Positions 8,801-17,231 of a stretch of 32,332 nucleotides of DNA are shown one piece after another. The position numbers were made by a program, and so were the translations under genes. Position 1 is the stretch's first letter. Each line of letters begins with the position of its first letter. The stretch is taken from positions 514 through 32,845 of the forward strand of contig JAOZIF010000142.1 of assembly GCA_026014495.1 (NCBI GenBank), read 5' to 3'. Below the pieces are notes generated by a model. That model was given only the letters and a program-made list of their open reading frames with translations, searched no databases and was not told the DNA's origin. The stretch comes from Candidatus Bathyarchaeum sp. (GTDB lineage Archaea > Thermoproteota > Bathyarchaeia > Bathyarchaeales > Bathyarchaeaceae).

Positions 8801-9078
8801 AATCCACTTGAAAGATAGTCTGTTGTTAGTTCCCTAGCATATGTCGAGTTTCCTGTCACTTTCAGTATTGACCCGTAATATCCAACAGTGAAGTCTAAAA
8901 TGCTTTTAATATCAGCATTCATCTCTCCGATAGCAGATAAAACTTCAGGCGAGCCTTGTATAGTAGAATGACGAACTAAAGTGTAACTGGATATAACTGC
9001 ACTTACTAATATAACAGAAACAAGTAACGCCGCGATTACTGAGAATTGCCCCTTATTTGCCCTGCTACTGTTTTTCAA
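5830..9078 (-). CDS. Large (1082 aa) pilin-like surface adhesin with class III signal peptide
   Basis: NKG|QFSVIAALLVSVILVSAVI; acidic and S/T-rich; at least eight N-x-S/T sequons; internal repeats. Confidence 0.85.
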   Translation of the reverse strand: MKNSSRANKGQFSVIAALLVSVILVSAVISSYTLVRHSTIQGSPEVLSAIGEMNADIKSILDFTVGYYGSILKVTGNSTYARELTTDYLSSGLVNVARSHPEWNPSFTFDFGNDDVSTCWFMPESYSMGSLSVTYSLSALGLEDVTYETSSALAVTLLESELGVSRINVIRDDSEPELGLTNENFWFYNYTDDSTWELVNPTDVLIAANGVYTITIPSGVDPESYSVQVEDNRGISVSAFYSQASVATGIPHYTYTFDWAATGVLDIYESLSSDTFVIELLQNGTLKWLGQDLELNTKTRAIPPVSVKAFRVNATINDVNQEVPFQVEDWASDYMVPLGLAGNDSIFNSNNMLVFLVNNEISTITLWWEGNDTAIQTSYAWNNVYFDDDPDSGTLDNGYLELTVNNFWIESTVAGDGSPSCSAEFLRINDKEPSYGAYLSYVIYNGVVRDIVQQEPEYSSGVSDCPNLYSHIVITFPANSLYYTYSARTIFVESESRTVTDLSVMHLDVSVGSPMTEDGTDGGYPVSSSSIGSFFDGYPTGWDHHWSQFLSGASGAGVMFTDTDNQNLYLFDSILGSETGALVVVDEWDDTSIEVNPVKVCSVSFNDSLDAIWHGAVVAFDGESIYNSGDDVGLWVMVENPPLVMLDEYDSEYDSSANYVDNSISDEDSSVDIGSHSSFLAQKAGPDSVLDTITEDSAVESENIEACVDDDTSDVDTSADVGSHSSFSAQQSGPDSVMDTLQEGNTGGGSELWVSPTGHEDPLSDWRDESEAYDDYEWNYAYSRISGRSWSNYLVLTHDAIKCDTVRYLMASQSGAVDLMEMDIYTGGEWVNVYSGSATSGSWTELTFDEASVTEIRFRFHNRYSTARYVYLREVDFLQTTSNYELDLEVRWTGVTYSLQNEYLSIYCGNMGTEDLAVDVWTVSGWETVFTDLVSGWNNASITDWLTDSTFTIRFRGGTEMVDSTQDTWEIDAALIHVWNEEEANYELDLEVQWTSANYDEANEELCIYVDSVSGEHLRVDVWTGSAWVNLFEDLDVGWNNITISSYLTSPEFTIRFTGTTETGDTTQDYWAIDATLLRTWS
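5836..6432 (-). repeat. Two 97-aa repeats (6142-6432 and 5836-6126)
   Basis: Both start NYELDLEV(R/Q)W and share L.VDVW, GWNN, FTIRF.G.TE, TQD.W.IDA. Confidence 0.9.
6850..7107 (-). repeat. Two 38-aa repeats A1 (6994-7107) and A2 (6850-6963)
   Basis: NYVDNSISDEDSSVDIGSHSSFLAQKAGPDSVLDTITE vs ACVDDDTSDVDTSADVGSHSSFSAQQSGPDSVMDTLQE. Confidence 0.9.
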
Positions 9079-9080
9079 AG

Positions 9081-10424
9081 TTAGGTTCCTCCTTGTTGAC
9101 CAAGTTGCAGAGTTACAAGCATTGATTTGCCACTAGCCCCAAATTCACTTCTGTAGATGTTTGGATGATAATACATGAGGAGACCTAAGGCAGTAATTCT
9201 TACGTCGGGGGTCCTTGATAGTCCGATGGCAGTAAATGCACCTTTTTTATCACTGCCTTCAATATTGGTGTATGTTGCAGCAGGAATGTAATCTGACTCG
9301 TCTACCGAAGTAGTGCCGGAATCATCTTCGGGTCTGTTAAAAAGTTCTAAGGCAGACAGTTGGTAAGTATCTAACATATAGTATTCGTCAAGGGCTCGAG
9401 CTGATGTCTGATAAGGACGTGGATAAATACCATATTCGTTACAGAGTTCAATTGATTCAGAAGTTAAATAGACAACATTAACATCTTGTTTAATATCGGT
9501 TGAAACATGAGCATAGTCTCTATCGGTTAAGCCTTGAAGGAAAGCTTGTAGTCCTGCTTGTTGAACGTTAGAGTCTTCCATTCCATAAATGCCCCAACCG
9601 TTATTGTCATCATCAAAATAGTTGGTGTTAGTCACGTAATAGAAGGGATATCCTACAATGCTAACCCAAGTCCAGTTGTAAGTATTCGTTTTTTGACCTA
9701 GAACATAACAATACCGTGCATAATCATCTGAGTAACTAGTATCATACAAATTAGCATAATACGAGGGGATTGGAACGGCTTCTCCAAAAGTGTTTATGAC
9801 AACGGCATTCTCTACATCTCCAGGTAAAGAAGGAGAATTATCTAAAAGAAGTTGAAGTTCAGCAGTGCTGTTTAAGAGAACAGTGGTTGTAAAGTATGGT
9901 GAAAGAATGTTATAAAATTCTGTGGCGAGACTTTGACCAGTGTAACCTGTAATCCACCATCCGTTAGCATCATTACAGTTCAAGATGTACAGAGTTATGT
10001 CTGTGCTTTCACCACCCACTTTCTCGGGGTCTTGAGTGAAAGTTACATCAGGTGAAGCAACCAGCAAAGACGCAGAATCAGAATCAACTCCAAAACTTGC
10101 ATCTGCAATTGATTTTGATAATTGATAACTTACGACACCACTAGTTGTTGAAAGATTATAAACACTGAGATTATAGACAACATTAACTGGAAGAGAGGCA
10201 GAAAGAGCTTTCTGCAAGTCTCCCCAAGCATCAGCATCATCCGAGAAGACTGTTTCACTTAACACACCCTGGGCATCCAAAGTTTCAAGCGTTGATTGAG
10301 CCAACTCGCCTAGGTCTGTTCCAAAAGCTTGACTGGACGAAGGCAAAACAGCAAACTGTGTTGTAATGGTGAAGGCACCAAGTAATATTACAATCACGAA
10401 AAGGACTTCAACAGTTCGCATCAA
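9081..10424 (-). CDS. Pilin-like surface protein (447 aa), no basic leader
   Basis: N-terminus MRTVEVLFVIVILLGAF followed by an extracellular-type domain; GGAGGT RBS; start TTG 10424 or ATG 10421. Confidence 0.75.
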   Translation of the reverse strand: MMRTVEVLFVIVILLGAFTITTQFAVLPSSSQAFGTDLGELAQSTLETLDAQGVLSETVFSDDADAWGDLQKALSASLPVNVVYNLSVYNLSTTSGVVSYQLSKSIADASFGVDSDSASLLVASPDVTFTQDPEKVGGESTDITLYILNCNDANGWWITGYTGQSLATEFYNILSPYFTTTVLLNSTAELQLLLDNSPSLPGDVENAVVINTFGEAVPIPSYYANLYDTSYSDDYARYCYVLGQKTNTYNWTWVSIVGYPFYYVTNTNYFDDDNNGWGIYGMEDSNVQQAGLQAFLQGLTDRDYAHVSTDIKQDVNVVYLTSESIELCNEYGIYPRPYQTSARALDEYYMLDTYQLSALELFNRPEDDSGTTSVDESDYIPAATYTNIEGSDKKGAFTAIGLSRTPDVRITALGLLMYYHPNIYRSEFGASGKSMLVTLQLGQQGGT

Positions 10425-10443
10425 CGCACATCAACCTCCATTG

Positions 10444-11658
10444 TTAACCACTCAAACTCCACACTGAAACCTTCACCTGATATGATATACCATCAATAGT
10501 CACTTGTCGAAGCTCAGTAGCAACAAAATCGTAGCCAGCAGAACCAGTACTACTACTAAAATAGGGAGAAATCCCAAGAGTACCAATACCCCAAGGCAAA
10601 ACAACACTTCCCACGTAATTGTTCCACTCATAAGAAATGAACAAAATTCCTACTTCAGAGGTAGGCAGAGTTGTGGTCACATAATTTTTAGAACCATAAT
10701 TTAAGAGAGTGGAAGAATTCACTAGTTCAAGCTGTTGCAACTGGAAATCTGAAGTTAATACAAAAAAAGTAGCATTAAAGGTGACAGCAGGCACTGGAGT
10801 TTCAGCATATTCATGAACCCCCCAACTGTGGGCGATTATAACGGTTCCGTCATCATAATCACTAACCAAAGGAACAATAAATTGAGGATAATCTCCAAGA
10901 TCATCTTGCGAATAATATCCCACGCCAGTAAGTCCATTGAGGCTAACATAAACTATAAAGTGATAGGCATCATTCACTTCATCTATTCCATCATATTCTA
11001 GTAACAATGAACCAAACGAGTCAGTCTGGCTGACCCCAAAATAAGGTACAACAGTAGCACTACCTTCGTTCGTAACCTGTAAAAGATAGTGATTCAAGGT
11101 AGCACCACTTAAAGGCAACCCTGAACCAGTTACATCAACTTTCAAAGCTAAATGACCATATCCATAAACCTTTGAGATGGAAACGTTCAGAGTTGGCTCA
11201 ACATCAATACTAAAACCATAGTCCCCAGTTATTCCCAGTAAGTCAGCAACATCACTGTAATTAAGACAGCCGCCTAAAGGAGTTAATATTGCATCTCCAA
11301 AGTTAGCAGTAATATTGTTATAGAATACACCAGAATCTGGAGGATATTCCACGAGTTGAGTTCCACTGGAAACAGAACTTAATCGCATCATAGAGTAGGG
11401 GCTTAATGTATATCCACCGGAATCAGGATCTTGAAGACCAAAACCTAACACTGTATCGTTTGTTTCTCCCCAATCTACTGGACTTCCAGGAGATAAACAA
11501 ATGCTGTTTACCAAATCAACAGCTTTGTTGGCGACCTGACGGTTACGGTCATACTCGATTGCAGATGCGAACAATCCGTTAAAAGCCATCATCGCCACTA
11601 ACAGCGCTGATATGAGAATTGTAACTGAAATCATGTGATCAATAGTAGCTCCTGTCAT
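10444..11658 (-). CDS. Pilin-like surface protein (404 aa), no basic leader
   Basis: MTGATIDHMISVTILISALLVAMMAF and PGSPVDWG; ATG at 11658 follows GGAGGT, so the track's 11673 start is probably too long. Confidence 0.75.
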   Translation of the reverse strand: MTGATIDHMISVTILISALLVAMMAFNGLFASAIEYDRNRQVANKAVDLVNSICLSPGSPVDWGETNDTVLGFGLQDPDSGGYTLSPYSMMRLSSVSSGTQLVEYPPDSGVFYNNITANFGDAILTPLGGCLNYSDVADLLGITGDYGFSIDVEPTLNVSISKVYGYGHLALKVDVTGSGLPLSGATLNHYLLQVTNEGSATVVPYFGVSQTDSFGSLLLEYDGIDEVNDAYHFIVYVSLNGLTGVGYYSQDDLGDYPQFIVPLVSDYDDGTVIIAHSWGVHEYAETPVPAVTFNATFFVLTSDFQLQQLELVNSSTLLNYGSKNYVTTTLPTSEVGILFISYEWNNYVGSVVLPWGIGTLGISPYFSSSTGSAGYDFVATELRQVTIDGISYQVKVSVWSLSG

Positions 11659-11662
11659 TTGA

Positions 11663-12136
11663 TTAACCTCCAAAAGAAAAAGTTAGTGTACCGTTAGAAA
11701 ATTTCTGCAATTCAATGTAAGCGTCTGCAGAGTCACTTCGCAAAGTTGAATCAATCCAGTTCACATTAGGACCAAGTACAGCCGACGCAGTAACTGTATT
11801 ACCCACATCATCCAGAATTAAAGTAAAGATAAGAATTTTAGCAGATCCGTCTGGAGGGTCACTAAGCGAACCTGTGACACTGTAGGAATAAGAGGCAACT
11901 GTTACAGGAATTGTTGAAACCTGAGTTACAGTACCAACCAAAATCTCATCCCTATTAACAGTCAGATATAGTTGCTGAATCGTACTCGCCAGATGATTCG
12001 CAACGTCTTGCAGTTCAATGTCTCGTTGTGAGTCTTGCCAGTTGGATGCCATTGTACTCGCCACCAACGGGAACAGTATCACTTGAGTGAAAAGCAAAGG
12101 AATCAAGATAACATATTCAATCGTCACGTTCGGCAT
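11663..12136 (-). CDS. Minor pilin-like protein (157 aa), no basic leader
   Basis: MPNVTIEYVILIPLLFTQVILFPLVA; GGAGGA RBS; in-frame TAA directly before the ATG. Confidence 0.75.
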   Translation of the reverse strand: MPNVTIEYVILIPLLFTQVILFPLVASTMASNWQDSQRDIELQDVANHLASTIQQLYLTVNRDEILVGTVTQVSTIPVTVASYSYSVTGSLSDPPDGSAKILIFTLILDDVGNTVTASAVLGPNVNWIDSTLRSDSADAYIELQKFSNGTLTFSFGG

Positions 12137-12163
12137 TTACTCAATCCTCCTTGATTCACAGTG

Positions 12164-13024
12164 TCAAACTCCAAACCCAACCGACACCTCGCTAAGATAA
12201 AGTTCCAAAACAACATTATCGTATTCAGAATAGAAAGTTGAGAAATCAAGAAAGAACGGGTTGTCACCTGGAAATCTGAAAAAATCAGAGTTGAAATCGT
12301 CTGAAGGAAAGTTGACAGTGATAGTTATGTCCTCAACATTGTTTAGGGTGTAGGCTTGGACGCTCTCTCCAGTTAAAGTGATAGATTGTGATATACCAGA
12401 AGAATCACCGCTGATAAGAACAGGAAGATACATTCGAATGTAATACGTGTTTGTGGACGAAGAGTTAATTGATGAAGAAAGAACCCTAATTGATGGCGCA
12501 ACAACCACTCTTATGTAATCTCCGCCAGTCATAGGAACTTTTTCAACCTCAAACACACGCGCGATTGGAGCAGAAGTGCCGGTCAAAATAAGAGATTCAT
12601 CCTCCTCTGGAAAGAGTCGTGACCAGTAGCCGTCGCTTATTGAATACCTGTATGTTGGAAGATTAAACATAAGAGCTCCAGTTGAAGATAGAAAATCGTG
12701 GGTGCCCTCAGTTGTTCCTACAGAAACAGTGTAACTTAGTACATCCTGCTCCAACATGGCATCTCCATACTGGCTCGCGTAACTAATTGTTTCTGTGCGC
12801 CCCGCAGTCCAAGCTACATCATCAATTTGAAGCCCAACAGACTGCATAAACTGCTTTGAAGAATCAAACTCGCCTTCTGCAACTCTGGACCACAACAAAT
12901 CATTAGCAAAAACCAGAGCAACACTTAGAATAGCAATCATAGCACCAGTCATGATGACAGTGGAAATAACTGGACTAATCGCCCGTTTACCTGAACATTT
13001 CTTGTGAAACTTGACAAACACCAC
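12164..13024 (-). CDS. Minor pilin with class III signal peptide (286 aa)
   Basis: GKRA|ISPVISTVIMTGAMIAILSVALVFA; AGGAGG RBS before GTG. Confidence 0.85.
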   Translation of the reverse strand: MVFVKFHKKCSGKRAISPVISTVIMTGAMIAILSVALVFANDLLWSRVAEGEFDSSKQFMQSVGLQIDDVAWTAGRTETISYASQYGDAMLEQDVLSYTVSVGTTEGTHDFLSSTGALMFNLPTYRYSISDGYWSRLFPEEDESLILTGTSAPIARVFEVEKVPMTGGDYIRVVVAPSIRVLSSSINSSSTNTYYIRMYLPVLISGDSSGISQSITLTGESVQAYTLNNVEDITITVNFPSDDFNSDFFRFPGDNPFFLDFSTFYSEYDNVVLELYLSEVSVGFGV

Positions 13025-13033
13025 AGTTTCCTC

Positions 13034-14722
13034 CTAAGCCAGCAACACCGGAACAACTTTTGACGCAACAATAGCTATTAGAACGAGTAAAGCAGAGTGC
13101 TTGAATCCAGCAGCCAAAGACTCTTCACTGATTTTGCCACAAACTAACCCAATCAAGTAACAGTGAGTAATTACTGACACAGTAAAGATTAGAGTAAGGT
13201 AGTCTGTGTTGGAGGATGAAGATGAAACCTCAGCACCCATGGCAACAGTATTAGTAGTAAACAGAAGAGTCATGAGAGTTGTTGCTACGAGCAATATTGC
13301 CGCAAAGTAAGGCATAATCATGTAAGGTCTAATACTCATTTTCTTTTCTTTCTCAACTTCTTGAGTCATGTTATTGAATCGTGCAAGAGACTCAATCATT
13401 GATATTGTACCGCCGCCTACGTCAACAGCTTCCAAGAGCAAAAACATTACAATCTGGGACATCCAACTCTTGGTTTTCTTTACAAAATCCATGATCACAT
13501 TCCGCATAGGAATACCCCAACCAATATCAGAAGACATTTTCTTTAGTTCCTTAGAAAATGCACCGTAATCCCTATCTGAAAGATTTGAAATACATGCCTC
13601 TGGAGAGAGCCCAGTCTTTCTTGTTTCCGTCAAATCTCTAAGAAAGTTGGATATACCACGTTCCATGCTTGCTTTTTTACCAGCAATCTTTTGGTGCAAA
13701 ATAGCGGGAGGCACAACAGATACAATCAACGTGATAGCAACTGCAATGGGTAAATCAACGAGTCCATCTATAGGAGTCGGCATCATTCCGAAGAATCCAG
13801 TGAGCAACAATAGAATTAAAATGGCTACAGCTGAAGAGATAGCGTATACTTTGTATGGTCGCATCTCGTTGAGTGGGCTTTTTGGTTGCATGCCGTGCGC
13901 AAGATACAAAAAGACAATAGAAAGCATAGGAGTGAAAACGTATGTGTACATAATTACTGAGGACCCCATGTCCATGCCTGTGCTGTATATAGACTCAACA
14001 CTGAAGAGTATGTAGAAACAAAGGGACATGAGAACCATTACGATTATGAAGGTTTCAAGAAGCATACCCATACGTTCGGCAGCAGCTTTAACTCTCATCG
14101 ATCCTGACTTGAAGATTTCCTGCGCCTTTGTTTCAAGGAAGTGAATAACGTCACCACCAATGATAACTGTGGAAGCATATCCAGAAATGAAGTCTCTAAA
14201 TATGTCTAGCGGATTGTATTTTGCCGATTTTTCCAGAGCACTAAGTGGGTCTACACCAAAAATTTCCACATCACGAATTAGAGCTCGAGCTTCTTTACGT
14301 GTAGAAGGCAGCAATTCAACTTCTGTAAGGCGCTTGAAACTCATGTAAGGCGGTATACCACCTGACGCCATGACAGTAACATATGTTGCTGCAAAAGGCA
14401 TTTCCCGCTCCAAGGCACTGGCCCTTTCACTGGCTCTTGAACTAGGAACAATCATGAAACCAATCATAACATAGATAGGCATTGGCACCAAGAAGATTAG
14501 AAAAAGAATTTTGGTGAAATACAAAAGAACAAGAGCCACTATGGATACGGGGATAGTGAGGGTGGCAATCAAAAACATTAAAGAAATGTAAGTTTCAGGA
14601 TAAATTTTGATGCCTGCTTTTGCTAAATGTTCCTTAAACTCGAAGACTCCACTTAAGAACTTGGGAGAAATGTTACCGAAAAGACGGTATGAAACACTTT
14701 CAAGAGTTTTTAGCAGGGGCAC
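13034..14722 (-). CDS. Type IV pilus platform membrane protein (TadC/ArlJ, T2SS-F family, two repeats)
   Basis: Two T2SSF-like halves (ALEREMPFA..., SMERGISNFLRDL...) with TM blocks; overlaps the ATPase end by 23 bp. Confidence 0.92.
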   Translation of the reverse strand: MPLLKTLESVSYRLFGNISPKFLSGVFEFKEHLAKAGIKIYPETYISLMFLIATLTIPVSIVALVLLYFTKILFLIFLVPMPIYVMIGFMIVPSSRASERASALEREMPFAATYVTVMASGGIPPYMSFKRLTEVELLPSTRKEARALIRDVEIFGVDPLSALEKSAKYNPLDIFRDFISGYASTVIIGGDVIHFLETKAQEIFKSGSMRVKAAAERMGMLLETFIIVMVLMSLCFYILFSVESIYSTGMDMGSSVIMYTYVFTPMLSIVFLYLAHGMQPKSPLNEMRPYKVYAISSAVAILILLLLTGFFGMMPTPIDGLVDLPIAVAITLIVSVVPPAILHQKIAGKKASMERGISNFLRDLTETRKTGLSPEACISNLSDRDYGAFSKELKKMSSDIGWGIPMRNVIMDFVKKTKSWMSQIVMFLLLEAVDVGGGTISMIESLARFNNMTQEVEKEKKMSIRPYMIMPYFAAILLVATTLMTLLFTTNTVAMGAEVSSSSSNTDYLTLIFTVSVITHCYLIGLVCGKISEESLAAGFKHSALLVLIAIVASKVVPVLLA

Positions 14723-16355
14723 TAGCTAAAACCTCCTTCTCGTAGAACTCTTCAGGTTTGGCGTTATATTCAGTTATGACCCCCGCGACATCTTTGTAAC
14801 TTCTAATGTTGCGTTGACGCATCCAGCGCAACACGTTTTCTCGCTGTTTCATCTCAGCCAGTAGTTCATCCCAAGTTAATCCTCTATTTTCAGTTATTGC
14901 GTTAAGCATGATACCATTTTTGAGGTTAGAAAGATGACTGTCACCAGCAGCTTTCCATGTGAAAGTATTTCTGTAATCCTCGTAATCTGCAATTTCGTCT
15001 ACAGAAAGTACTCGACGATAAGCCGTCATTTCACCTGTTTTTGACTGCGGCAAGTGTACTCTCCGGATTGATGCGACAACATTCATAAGGGGCATGTATG
15101 CAGGTGCGATATCCATTGGTTTTTGGATTAAACGCTTAACAGCAGATTCTATGGAGTCTGCGTGCATTGTAGCCATACCACCGTGACCCGTTGCCAAGGC
15201 TTGGAACAGGGTATATGCTTCGCTTCCTCGAATCTCACCGACCATAATTAAGTCTGGGCGGTGCCTCATTGCGGTTTTGACTAGATCAAAGAGGGTTACT
15301 TCTCCAGTGAGGTTTTCTCCAAGACCATAACTTCTTCTCGCAATTAGTGATACCCAGTTTTCGTGAGGCAGATTAAGTTCTGCGGTTTCCTCAATTGTAA
15401 TTATTTTGCTGCCGGGCTTAATCAAACAGGCTACGGCGTTAAGAAATGTTGTTTTTCCGGAAGCAGTCCCTCCCAACACCATAAGAGAAGCCCTGTTTTC
15501 AAGACAAGTCCAGAAATAGGCTGCCATCTCTTCGGATAGGGTACCTAAGTTAATCAGGTCAATAATTGAATACGGATCGTCTCGGAACTTTCTTATAGTA
15601 AATGCTGTTCCGAATGGCGTTACTTCGCGTCTGTAACAGACAGCAAGCCTGTGTTTTCCAGGCAAAGAAGCATCAACTATTGGAAAAGCTGAGCTTACGT
15701 GTTTTCCAGCCATGTGAACTAGCTTTACCACAGCGTCGTCTACTTCTTGGTCATCATGAAAGACCAAATTTGTTTCAAGGTTCTCATATTTTCTGTGCCA
15801 AACATAGACAGGTTTCTCTACACCGTCACAGGAAATATCTTCTATATGGGGATCACGCATCAATGCATCTATTCTGCCGAAACCAACAAGATTTCTTTGA
15901 GCATGATAAAGGATTTTGGACCAAGAAACATCAGGCAACCAACCTAAGCTTATTCGATATTTACCAACTATCTTTTCAGCCTCAGTAACGAAGAATTGTC
16001 GAGGATCCTCAATTTCTGCTTCGGGTGAAGCAATCTCGGCGAGAAGAATTTCTAGTATTCTATCGTATACATTTCGTTCAAGTATATCTAGCCTGAGTTC
16101 ATCAAGAACATATTTATACTCACCACTTAGAGGATTTCGGGCAATAGCTGCATGAGCGAATGGTTCATAAAGTGGATATCTTTCAACAATTTTGTAACCT
16201 TTAGGCAAAGGTTTTGGTGGAGGAGCAGGAGGTAAGGGTTTTAGTTTCTGTTTTTTGAAAACTCTACCAGCGGACTGTAGTGCTCCTGAAATTCGCTCAT
16301 TGAATCGCTTGATGTGTTGCATTGGAGATCTCTTATACAGTAAAAATCCAACCAA
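14700..16355 (-). CDS. Type IV pilus assembly ATPase (VirB11/TadA/ArlI family)
   Basis: Walker A GGTASGKTT, Asp box IEETAEL, Walker B LIMVGEIRG, His box HGGMATMHA; start may be ATG at 16322. Confidence 0.95.
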   Translation of the reverse strand: MVGFLLYKRSPMQHIKRFNERISGALQSAGRVFKKQKLKPLPPAPPPKPLPKGYKIVERYPLYEPFAHAAIARNPLSGEYKYVLDELRLDILERNVYDRILEILLAEIASPEAEIEDPRQFFVTEAEKIVGKYRISLGWLPDVSWSKILYHAQRNLVGFGRIDALMRDPHIEDISCDGVEKPVYVWHRKYENLETNLVFHDDQEVDDAVVKLVHMAGKHVSSAFPIVDASLPGKHRLAVCYRREVTPFGTAFTIRKFRDDPYSIIDLINLGTLSEEMAAYFWTCLENRASLMVLGGTASGKTTFLNAVACLIKPGSKIITIEETAELNLPHENWVSLIARRSYGLGENLTGEVTLFDLVKTAMRHRPDLIMVGEIRGSEAYTLFQALATGHGGMATMHADSIESAVKRLIQKPMDIAPAYMPLMNVVASIRRVHLPQSKTGEMTAYRRVLSVDEIADYEDYRNTFTWKAAGDSHLSNLKNGIMLNAITENRGLTWDELLAEMKQRENVLRWMRQRNIRSYKDVAGVITEYNAKPEEFYEKEVLASAPAKNS

Positions 16356-16372
16356 GTATTAAATCTTGCGTC

Positions 16373-16402
16373 TTAATAAAGCATACTATGAATAGGTATT
16401 TA
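16373..16402 (-). promoter_or_regulatory. Pilus operon promoter: TATA (TTTATTAA, 16380-16373) and adjacent TGAAT-AGGT-ATTTA site (16389-16402)
   Basis: Position upstream of the ATPase; 9/10 match to the KaiC palindrome. Confidence 0.45.
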
Positions 16403-16475
16403 TCGGCTCAAAAATAACAAAAAACTCCACCAATAAATCAAAATAAAATACAAAAAAGGCAACATTATTGAAATT

Positions 16476-17048
16476 TTAAAGCCTTGGCTTACAAACAATC
16501 TCATTTATTATTAAATCAAAAAAGGAATGTGTGTTACTCGCCTTCAAAACAACAACCGTGTCTGCCCCACTTCTAGTTCCACCAACAGCAATTACGGCTT
16601 CACCCGTCTTAATCAAACCTGCATCTGATGCCATGCAAGAAATTTCGCAGGCTACTTTTACTCCTTGACTGAAAAGGCGAAGAACTGCTGAAATGATTCC
16701 GTCGATTTGGATGGTTCCGAATTTTTTGTTGGTGGCGCGTCCTAGGGTGCCGAAGGCATGTGTTGTTGTTAGGATTTTTGCGCCGTTGTTTTTTATGGTG
16801 TTGCGGTTGTTGGGGGTGAGTTCTTGTGTGTTGGGTGTTGTGAATCCTGTGACGTGTGTTACTATTACTAGGTTGTGGTTTTTGAAGAGTTGTGATGCTT
16901 TGGCGCCTGTTTCTCCGGTTGTTGAGGCTACGATTATGTTTTTGATGCCGAGTGTTTCAGCGCGTTCTTTTGCTAGGTTGAGTGCTTCTTGTGTGTTTTG
17001 TGGTCCTGGGTTTTTGAAGTAAATGGTTTTTGATTCTATGTTTGTCAT
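16476..17048 (-). CDS. Pyruvate kinase C-terminal (alpha/beta) domain-like protein, COG1751 type
   Basis: YF..PG..NT, IIVASTTGETG, LVIVTH, QGVKVACEIS.MA.DAG, IAVGGT..GADT, EIVCKP. Confidence 0.85.
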   Translation of the reverse strand: MTNIESKTIYFKNPGPQNTQEALNLAKERAETLGIKNIIVASTTGETGAKASQLFKNHNLVIVTHVTGFTTPNTQELTPNNRNTIKNNGAKILTTTHAFGTLGRATNKKFGTIQIDGIISAVLRLFSQGVKVACEISCMASDAGLIKTGEAVIAVGGTRSGADTVVVLKASNTHSFFDLIINEIVCKPRL

Positions 17049-17231
17049 GTTAAGTAGGCTCCAGTTAATTGTTTTTTGTGGGTTGGAGTTGTAGTTATGT
17101 AATCTGAATGGTGTTTATATGTGTTTTAATTGGTGTGTTGTGTGTTTTGTTTTTTGTTCGTGTCAAATTTATAAATGTTGTAAGCGCTTTTTATCTGAAG
17201 TGCTCCGTGGAAGGGTAATAGGTTCACTTGT

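Noticed and set aside
17203-17216. CTCCGTGGAAGGGT resembles a mini-ORB near the skew flip
   Set aside because: Single degenerate match, no repeated ORBs and no cdc6/orc1 in the window
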